Source: a virus
Lineage: Duplodnaviria; Caudoviricetes
DNA length: 64,000 nucleotides
Strand: one strand, 5' to 3'
Virus record (IMG/VR): IMGVR_UViG_3300015615_000196
Location: 160,001-224,000 of that record
Positions within the stretch are counted from its first letter, which is position 1. Every line of letters begins with the position of its first letter. The position numbers were made by a program, and so were the translations under genes. Under the pieces are notes generated by a model, which saw nothing but the letters and a program-made list of their open reading frames with translations, ran no database searches and had not been told where the DNA came from. Shown in pieces: positions 30,733 through 38,132 of the stretch.

Positions 30733-30739
30733 TCCTCCC

Positions 30740-30777
30740 GTCCCGATCAAAAGGGACAAACAAAACGTTCTTTAAAA
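30740..30777 (+). promoter_or_regulatory. boxB-like hairpin plus boxA-like antitermination element
   Basis: GTCCC/GGGAC hairpin then CGTTCTTTAAAA (30766-30777); second copy CGTTCTTTAAAG at 31957. Confidence 0.5.
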
Positions 30778-30783
30778 TCTTAA

Positions 30784-31598
30784 AAATATGGGCTGCTTGA
30801 AGTCCATAAGATAAATCCAGCAATGGATATAAAGGGGGTGTGGTAGTAACGCCATACTTTCGATCCCTGACCGCAAGGAAAGGGATACAGTCAAGCAAGC
30901 ACACCGTTTGGTGTTTCTTTGGATCAGTCGCAAGGCTGGTTCTCCTGTGTTGGAGGTAAACTCCATCATGGGTCTGAAAGGGCAACTGCCAGTAGGGAGA
31001 GACATTAAGCCTGACTACGGAAGTCAGGATAAATCCAGAAATGGAAGATCAGGAATGTGTAGATCAATCGGTCTGAACTCCGCAAGAGCGTAGGGCTGGT
31101 GTCATTTAGTGTTGGTCAGATGGTCAGAGTAAAATCCCCGTCCCGGTGCTAAACGTAAGCCGCAAGCCACAGAAGGTTGTTTGGTATTGGCTACTCAAAA
31201 GGTAGTTAGCCGAAGTCTCAGCCACATCCTTCAAAGTCCGTACACAATCACACATGGTCTTAGAAACCATTTGCCATTTAAGCAAACTTGTAACAAAAGA
31301 ACAAGTGCTGAGACGTTAGAGCAGAAAGTCGCATACCACTGATGCAACATACAGTGGTGGTTGATCCTCAAGATTGGCCATATGATACGACTTGTTGTTG
31401 GAAGGCATCTTCCTTAGCTTGCTATGAAAGGAGTAGGGCAGTGATGGGCGTAATTGAAAATGCTTTAACGAGAACGATTGGTCTCCGAAAGAGACTTGCG
31501 ATTGTAGCAGACGTTCCGCAAGGGGCGTGGATACGAAGCGAACCGAAAGGATAATGCTTCTAAGGTGCTACTGTTATGCTGTAATCTCAAGCATATTT
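30784..31598 (+). ncRNA. Large structured ncRNA, GOLLD-like (~810 nt)
   Basis: No credible ORF; many GCAA/GAAA-capped hairpins; long-range pairs GTCTCAGC(31215)/GCTGAGAC(31307) and AAATATG(30784)/CATATTT(31592); CTCAAAAGG, TAATTGAAAA and GTAATCTCA segments recalled from GOLLD-class RNAs; next to a tRNA-like gene. Confidence 0.7.
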
Positions 31599-31734
31599 CG
31601 AACATAAATCACGGGAGTGATTATGATTCGAAAACAAAAAATCAGTACATCGATTTATCGGTGTATCTCTGGACAGAAATCATGAGAATGATGTATGCCC
31701 GGAACAAATCCTCGGTTTGAAACCGGGGTAAACT

Positions 31735-31806
31735 GGATTTGTAGCTTAATTATTAGAGCGGTTCCCGTTGAGGGAATAGATAGGGGTGTGAATCCCTTCG
31801 AGTCCA
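31735..31806 (+). tRNA. Atypical tRNA / tRNA-like RNA, apparent anticodon TTG (Gln)
   Basis: Acceptor GGATTTG/CGAGTCC, D-arm GCTT/GAGC, anticodon arm GTTCC-CGTTGAG-GGAAT, T-arm AGGGG-TGTGAAT-CCCTT; G33 and non-canonical T-loop; no encoded CCA. Confidence 0.6.
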
Positions 31807-31884
31807 CACAAGATTTTGTCGTCCAAACTACAGGACACCACCCTACAGGTGGAAATTTGGGAGTGTACCCCTTCAAAGTCTCAC

Positions 31885-31955
31885 AACTGGCTATTAACTG
31901 AGTTACTTCAACTTTGTTCTATAAACAAAACAACCACTTGGTTTGCTTTCCAGTT
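31885..31955 (+). ncRNA. Structured RNA repeat, unit 1
   Basis: AACTGG-CTAT-t-AACTGAGT-TACTTC-[TTTGTT/AACAAA hairpin]-ACAACC-ACTTGGTT-tgc-TTT-CCAGTT. Confidence 0.7.
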
Positions 31956-32013
31956 TCGTTCTTTAAAGTATGTTTTGGTCAAGCCTCTTCCCCTTGTGGG
32001 AACGTAACCAAAA

Positions 32014-32095
32014 TTTGTGGCTATGGTGTAAGTTACTTCCGCTCGAAAGAGCACCTGATGGTTAATCAAGAACTACTGACACTGATTTCCACAAA
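32014..32095 (+). ncRNA. Structured RNA repeat, unit 2
   Basis: TTTGTGG-CTAT-GGTGTAAGT-TACTTC-[GCTC-GAAA-GAGC and TGAT/ATCA hairpins]-AGAACT-ACTGACACT-ga-TTT-CCACAAA. Confidence 0.7.
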
Positions 32096-32100
32096 CCCAT

Positions 32101-32167
32101 ATTCTGGCTATTGATCCGGTTACTTCAACTACAATTGGTAACAACTACCGTTTCGCCTTTCCAGAAT
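32101..32167 (+). ncRNA. Structured RNA repeat, unit 3
   Basis: ATTCTGG-CTAT-TGATCCGGT-TACTTC-[short hairpin]-ACAACT-ACCGTTTCG-cc-TTT-CCAGAAT. Confidence 0.7.
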
Positions 32168-32209
32168 TATTATTTTGATGTGATTTAAAATCTGTAAAGA
32201 CCAAATACC

Positions 32210-34387
32210 ATGAACACTATCAAAGAAAAAACCGCAAAGACCTCAGTCGCAACTGCTACGGCAATGACGAAGGCACAAATCGCTCTTCAAAGAGGATTTT
32301 TAGTACCTACAGGTGGACTTGTTGCTCCGGTGAGCAAGCAAGAACGATTCACCATGCAAGCTGAATTGATGCAGTTCGGATACATGTTGTCCGAAGATGC
32401 ACTTGGCGTTGTAACCATCGAATGGTTCAACGAAGTAATGCCGTTCTTAAAAAGAACGTTGGGCGTAGGTGCGTACATGGGTGCGTACATGCCATTCTAC
32501 AAGAACTTCCCGACTCAGGTAATGGAGTTGAGTCACGTTGAGTTGTATCTCAATGCGGTCATGCATTACTGGTCATTGGGTACGTGGGAACCTGCCTACG
32601 AACTCCGTGAAAGAGGCTTCGCGTTTGAAAACACGAAGTTCACAACTATCAAGTTGGGAACAGAAGATCAGTTCAATGCGATCTTCACGACATTGGTGTC
32701 GATCAACCAGTCTATTACTGAAAACGACAAGAAAGTTGTTGAGTGGTTCATCCAGAACTATTCACACAGCTTGATATTCCCGAAGACCATCCCGTTCAAG
32801 GAAACTCTTTGTATGCTTGCCGGACACGGCTTGAATGTTCCAATTACGTCTGCAACGGACGTATTGAGAATTGCCGTATACCTTTCAGGTGGTGACATTT
32901 CATTGCCAGCCGTACCACGAATAACGGTGAAGGAAGTACGTCCGGGAAGAAAGGAAGTGTTCTTCCGTAACCTTTTGAACTCGCAGACAGAAGCGAGAGA
33001 AAAGTTCAAGTTCAAGAACTTGAGCCGTGCAAAGAGAAAGTATTTGCTTTCATTGCTTGAAGGAACCAAGATCGACTTGGGCGAAATGAAATTGCGTCTT
33101 GAAAGATGGATTCGTCTTGGCGAAGTTCTTCACGTAGGTGAATTCAAGAACCGTTTCCCGAAAGCATACGAAGCGTTCTACGCTATCCGTAATGCTGCGG
33201 ACGAAATCCGTACATTCGAGTCTACGCTTGAAGAAGCGTTTACCAATGCTTACATCACTGGTGGTGAAGCAGAACTTAACACGGCCTTGAATCTCTTGTC
33301 AAAGAGACCGGGTATGTTTGCAAGAAGACTTGACTGGTTGTTGAGAACGTTCGACCCGAACGTTGTTCTTCCAGCCTTCAAGAAGATTGCCATGAAGGTA
33401 AGCAAGAAAGTATTGTGGGAACTCTACAATCACTTCATCAAGCGTGATACTGTGTCACCGAGAATGGTGATGATCAAGGGTAAGAAAGCAACCAAAGTTA
33501 CTTTGGATGCATTGCCAGCAATGAGCAAAATCTTGATCACCAAGATTCAGGGTATGATCTTGGAATGTTTGGGACAACACTTCGCACAACTTGATAAGTT
33601 GGGTAAGGTGTATGTTGACGAACGTTTGAAGAAGATTCCGTTGCCTACGGCAATGAGAAGTGTGAACACTTCGGTGAAGACCTACATGAGAGGTACGAGA
33701 GTACCATTCAATGACAATGCAAAGGTTATCAGACCTTATATTCACTGGTTCGACCAGTATGGTCACGAAGACCTTGACTTGAGCGTTGCATTCTACGATG
33801 CACACTTGAGAGGTAAGGATCATATCTCGTACACGAATTTGAAGATTCAACATCTTAACTCATGCCACTCAGGTGACGTGAGACACAGACAAGGTGCGTG
33901 TGCAGAATACGTGGACATTGATATTGCTGCTTGCTTACAGCACGGCATCAGATATGCAATGGTACAGGTGCATAACTTCCAGAACAGACCAATGCACACG
34001 ATGAAAGACTGCGTGTTCGGTTTGATGGAAAGAGAATTCCCGGAATCAAATCCGATCTTCGTCCCGAAGACTATCACCAATGCAGTAGCAGTGGCGAACG
34101 AAAGTTCAACTGTGTGTATTGCAGTGTTGGATTTGAAGGAAAAGGAATACATCTGGCTTGACCTTGAGTTACAATCAAGAGGTTTGGCTAACCTTGAAAG
34201 CACTTCAAGCATGGCTCACAAGCTGATCAAAGGTGCAATCGACAGTGCAATTCTGTCAGTGTACGACTTGTTGTCAATCCATGCTGACGCAAGAGGTGTT
34301 GCAATCCTGAACAAGGAAGCTGCGGATACCGTATTCGAATACGAAGACTTTGTAACAAGCTATGACAAAGTGGCGACTTACATGTAA
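32210..34387 (+). CDS. ROT/TROVE-like helical repeat protein with C-terminal TerD-like domain (Prok-RING_4-associated architecture, RING finger absent)
   Basis: N-terminal GY.LS, PFYKNFP.QV, IPFKET, TDVLR, RPG.FARRLD.LLR; C-terminal TerD-like W...DLDLS, HSGD, GACAEYVDID, LDL...E..WLD. Confidence 0.75.
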   Translation: MNTIKEKTAKTSVATATAMTKAQIALQRGFLVPTGGLVAPVSKQERFTMQAELMQFGYMLSEDALGVVTIEWFNEVMPFLKRTLGVGAYMGAYMPFYKNFPTQVMELSHVELYLNAVMHYWSLGTWEPAYELRERGFAFENTKFTTIKLGTEDQFNAIFTTLVSINQSITENDKKVVEWFIQNYSHSLIFPKTIPFKETLCMLAGHGLNVPITSATDVLRIAVYLSGGDISLPAVPRITVKEVRPGRKEVFFRNLLNSQTEAREKFKFKNLSRAKRKYLLSLLEGTKIDLGEMKLRLERWIRLGEVLHVGEFKNRFPKAYEAFYAIRNAADEIRTFESTLEEAFTNAYITGGEAELNTALNLLSKRPGMFARRLDWLLRTFDPNVVLPAFKKIAMKVSKKVLWELYNHFIKRDTVSPRMVMIKGKKATKVTLDALPAMSKILITKIQGMILECLGQHFAQLDKLGKVYVDERLKKIPLPTAMRSVNTSVKTYMRGTRVPFNDNAKVIRPYIHWFDQYGHEDLDLSVAFYDAHLRGKDHISYTNLKIQHLNSCHSGDVRHRQGACAEYVDIDIAACLQHGIRYAMVQVHNFQNRPMHTMKDCVFGLMEREFPESNPIFVPKTITNAVAVANESSTVCIAVLDLKEKEYIWLDLELQSRGLANLESTSSMAHKLIKGAIDSAILSVYDLLSIHADARGVAILNKEAADTVFEYEDFVTSYDKVATYM

Positions 34388-34463
34388 CATCAAACTTCCT
34401 TGATGGCTGGTGCATCAGACCATTCTTAGTGGCTAAGTAAGAATCCAAGAAGTCCCTGATATA

Positions 34464-34495
34464 ATGCCTCACAGATTTTCTGTGGGGCATTTTTA
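34464..34495 (+). terminator. Rho-independent terminator closing the ncRNA-TerD unit
   Basis: ATGCCTCACAG / CTGTGGGGCAT stem followed by TTTT. Confidence 0.8.
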
Positions 34496-34632
34496 TGTTC
34501 AAAATTCTCTGAAAAATTTAAATAAGTTTCGTACCCCATCACTGTATTTATTTGTAATAGTACTGTCCAATAATTTAGGGATTCATGTAACTCATTGGAC
34601 GGTCATCAACTTACGAAAAAAGATACAGGTAG

Positions 34633-35574
34633 ATGCCATTTTTCACCAGACCCGACCTATCGGATACACAGTTCAAACAATTGACTGGATCGACATTGAC
34701 TATGTCGGGTTCAACCAATTATATTGGAGTATTGAAGTCCAAAGGTACTGAAATTGATGCTACGTTAACTGGCGCAACTTCGGCAACTACCGGACACGTT
34801 CTCACATACCTTGCAGGAAAGATAAGATTGGCTCCTTCATCAGGAGGTAACTCAGCATTCAATAGTAGCAGATCAACAACCAGAGCAGGGATTCCATCAG
34901 TAAACGTTGGTGGATCAAATGTCAATCAATTTTTGGAAGGATACTTCTTTCCATCAGTACCACCCGATGCGGTGATAAGTGGTGGAGGAACCCGACAATT
35001 TGGCAATAATGCTGGCCTGACTTTAAACTGGACTGCAACCAGAAGAACACAACCAATTACATCGATCACGGTTAATGGTCTTTCGGTTCCATCAGGATTC
35101 TTCTCGGCTCTTCCACAAAATGGAAGTGTATCGAGTGCTACAACAGCAACGATTGCGACACCAAATACAAACCAAACTTATCCGATGAACGTAACAACCG
35201 CATCAGAAAGTGTAAATGCAAGTACATCAATTGTGTTTAGCCACAAGAGATATTTTTATGGTGATAACCAAGATGTGATTGCATTCACTGATCCGAACAC
35301 AAGTTCGAACGTAAACTTACACGATCCAGCAAATGCAGAATTTGCTGGATCAAGAGTAAAAGGAACATTTGCTATCACTTTGAGTGGTCAGTTCTTTTAC
35401 TACGTGTATCCAACATCATTTGGTGCTGCATCATTCACGATTAACGGTTTGTCGAACACTGACTTTACTTTCAAGGACTTTACGTTCACAAACCCATTTG
35501 GATTTGCAACAACGTTCAGAATGTATAGAAGCAATAACATATTAAATGGCACATTCAACATAGCTGTGTCTTAA
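34633..35574 (+). CDS. Virion structural protein
   Basis: Thr/Ser/Gly-rich beta protein after TATTTAT at 34545; N-terminus similar to that of 44160. Confidence 0.65.
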   Translation: MPFFTRPDLSDTQFKQLTGSTLTMSGSTNYIGVLKSKGTEIDATLTGATSATTGHVLTYLAGKIRLAPSSGGNSAFNSSRSTTRAGIPSVNVGGSNVNQFLEGYFFPSVPPDAVISGGGTRQFGNNAGLTLNWTATRRTQPITSITVNGLSVPSGFFSALPQNGSVSSATTATIATPNTNQTYPMNVTTASESVNASTSIVFSHKRYFYGDNQDVIAFTDPNTSSNVNLHDPANAEFAGSRVKGTFAITLSGQFFYYVYPTSFGAASFTINGLSNTDFTFKDFTFTNPFGFATTFRMYRSNNILNGTFNIAVS

Positions 35575-35587
35575 AAGATAAAGAAGG

Positions 35588-38131
35588 ATGTCAAATTTAT
35601 TAGGAACCGTAGTAGCCTCACCGATAGTACAAGGAGCAAGTACAATTGACTCTTACGGTACTCACTATGCCTTTCTTGGTGTGGGTGGTTACCAAGAGTA
35701 CTTAACCCTTGCGGAAAGAGACGCGATCTTGATTGACCCGCTTAACAGATTGGGTGATGATGGTCTTTCTTCTGGCCGTAGAAGATTGGGTATGCTCGTG
35801 TATGTCTCTGAGACAAACATCGTATATCAATTAAACATTGCCTACAACTCATGGACTGGTATGACCAGTGCAGCGAAAGTTGCAGCACTTGCAAACAATT
35901 CAAACTGGATTGAATATGCATCTGGCAGTGGCGGTGACGCGATAAAGAAAAGATATAACCAGACTCTTCACGGTTTCAGTGTGGGTCAGGTAATTTCATA
36001 CAACGGAACTTCGTTCCAACTTAAACTTGCAGGGCCAAGCGATACCAACGAAACAATTGGTATGGTCAGCAAGATTGATGATGCAAACAATTTCACTGTA
36101 ACCTATGCTGGTTTCATTGATACGACCGCAATCAGTGGTTTGAGTGCAAACACAGTGTACTATGTATCCCCTGCAATTGCAGGAGCAATTACGCCAGTTG
36201 CACCTTTAAATCTTGGAGAAGAAAATAGACCTATCTTGATCACACAAACAATAACCACAGGTATTGTGGTAATGTATCGTGGTCAGATAATCACAGAAAA
36301 TGTAATTAGTGGTAGTAGTGGTGCAACATATGTTGCCGGGGTTATTGGCCCTGCCGAAGATGGCACATATACTGACGGATTGTTCACGGACTTTGTTCCA
36401 TCAACTCCAACAGGTACGGCAATTGACAGATTCAATGAATTGTTTAAAGTTCTGTCACCACCACCTGCACCAGCGTTGTCAAGTATCTTGAATTCTCCAA
36501 CGTTGAATTCAGCCAAGTTATCATTCGGTGTAAGCCGAAACGATATTGGGTACAGCAATGTAACAACGGCAGCAGGTAACACAGCAGTCGATATTAATGG
36601 TTCATACGTAGTAGGTGGAACCAGAATTGGTGTAACAAATGCATTGGTTAGTGGCCCACTTAATTCTTCTGTTCCAGCAACTTCTGCATATGCAGCAGGT
36701 GCTTTTGATAAAGGAGACGAAGGTAAACTTGAAATGTTTGTAAACGGTGCGTTGATAGGTTCAATAATTCTTAGTGGATCAACAGGAGCAAGTTCAAACT
36801 TCTTCTTCACCTTGAGTGCAGTCTCAGCAGTAACATTTACAAATGGTCAACCGTTGAACGTATTCAAATACAGAACAGGTATTTTCAAAGTAAGAACTGT
36901 TGATATGGTCAATGGTTTTAACTATGTAAGAGTACAACATACAAAACCAAGTGGGAACTTACTTACAAACTATTTGGAGTGGGTATATGATCCAAATGCA
37001 ACAACATTATCTGCTACGGGATCAGGACTTAGCGGTCTTACCTTGACAGGCAGTAGATTTATTTCAGGTGTAAGATACAATACAGGTGGTACTGTGGTCT
37101 ACACTACAACAATTAACAACGCATATAAGAACGTATATCCGAACGGAAGCGTAATTACGTATCCTTCAAGAACGAACTTGAGTGATGCTGGTATTATAAC
37201 ACAATCAGGAACAGGATTGACAACAACAATTTCTGCTGTTCGAACATTAACCTCGTTATTGACAGGATCGGTAAGTCCGCAACTTAGTGCGTTGAAACTG
37301 AAATCGAACCACACGTTGTCTAACAATATTTTGGGTAGTGTAGGTTCACTTGGAAAAATTGAAAGCAATATTTCCCTCACCCATCCTCTCAAAGCAACTT
37401 TGACTGGTGGTGTTGCAAGCACAACAGGATTTTTACAATACAACACCATTCAAGCTGCAAACTTGAAGATGGAGAATTTTACTGGTGAAGGAAAAAGACT
37501 TCAAGATAGAGACTACACCTCTTTAACATATGCTAACATCAATGGTGGAACCTATGCATGGGATTCAACTCAAATTTTGACTGGTGGTAACCCACAACAC
37601 AACACAGGTTTACTTGTGTTCAATGGTGAATTGGTTTATCCAAGTGCAGCATATTTAACAACACAGTATGGAATTACGACAGGTAATTTTGCAGCCGTAA
37701 CAAATATTTTGGTTGGCAATCCAAACTATTCAACTGCCAGTGGCGTGAGAGTTTACGATAGATTGTTTACCTCAGCAAATGCTGTTACGCAAGCAACATT
37801 GACAATTGAATTCTTACATACCGGAACAAACAGTAGCTTCTTAACCAATGGTGGAACTGGTGGTACAGCAAGCGGTAACTTCGTTAAAGTTGAAGTTATG
37901 ATTAAAAGATCGGGAGGTCAGACACACGGATGGTTTAATCCATTCGCACCATCTGGCAACCCGGAAGGTGTTGCAAATACGGCAGTCTCAACAATTGCTG
38001 GCGGTACTTCGGTAACGTGTACATTATCAACTGTACCGAGAATTGGTAACGGTGATCTTGTCATTGTGAGAGTTTATGCGGCAGGTGCATGGACAAATAG
38101 AATAAGTAACATTAACGTAGTTAACATATAA
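35588..38131 (+). CDS. Virion structural / fibre-associated protein
   Basis: RRLGMLVYV motif; the C-terminal ~600 aa module starting IGPAEDG.Y.DGLFTDF is paralogous to that of 38133. Confidence 0.7.
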   Translation: MSNLLGTVVASPIVQGASTIDSYGTHYAFLGVGGYQEYLTLAERDAILIDPLNRLGDDGLSSGRRRLGMLVYVSETNIVYQLNIAYNSWTGMTSAAKVAALANNSNWIEYASGSGGDAIKKRYNQTLHGFSVGQVISYNGTSFQLKLAGPSDTNETIGMVSKIDDANNFTVTYAGFIDTTAISGLSANTVYYVSPAIAGAITPVAPLNLGEENRPILITQTITTGIVVMYRGQIITENVISGSSGATYVAGVIGPAEDGTYTDGLFTDFVPSTPTGTAIDRFNELFKVLSPPPAPALSSILNSPTLNSAKLSFGVSRNDIGYSNVTTAAGNTAVDINGSYVVGGTRIGVTNALVSGPLNSSVPATSAYAAGAFDKGDEGKLEMFVNGALIGSIILSGSTGASSNFFFTLSAVSAVTFTNGQPLNVFKYRTGIFKVRTVDMVNGFNYVRVQHTKPSGNLLTNYLEWVYDPNATTLSATGSGLSGLTLTGSRFISGVRYNTGGTVVYTTTINNAYKNVYPNGSVITYPSRTNLSDAGIITQSGTGLTTTISAVRTLTSLLTGSVSPQLSALKLKSNHTLSNNILGSVGSLGKIESNISLTHPLKATLTGGVASTTGFLQYNTIQAANLKMENFTGEGKRLQDRDYTSLTYANINGGTYAWDSTQILTGGNPQHNTGLLVFNGELVYPSAAYLTTQYGITTGNFAAVTNILVGNPNYSTASGVRVYDRLFTSANAVTQATLTIEFLHTGTNSSFLTNGGTGGTASGNFVKVEVMIKRSGGQTHGWFNPFAPSGNPEGVANTAVSTIAGGTSVTCTLSTVPRIGNGDLVIVRVYAAGAWTNRISNINVVNI

Positions 38132-38132
38132 G

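Noticed and set aside
30784-31598. rRNA, tmRNA, RNase P or group I/II intron identity for the large RNA
   Set aside because: No recognisable universal rRNA, tmRNA or RNase P signature; it does not interrupt a gene, and no group I P7 or group II domain V motif was seen
30620-32114. Short ORFs on both strands in the ncRNA island
   Set aside because: Mutually overlapping, atypical composition and no motifs; the RNA structure explains the region better
31885-32167. Three repeats read as a mini CRISPR array
   Set aside because: Conservation is split into short motifs within self-pairing units, not identical 25-40 nt repeats with uniform spacers; no cas genes in the window
34464-34751. 95 aa ORF upstream of the structural operon
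   Set aside because: Spans a terminator and the promoter motif, and overlaps the better-supported ORF at 34633
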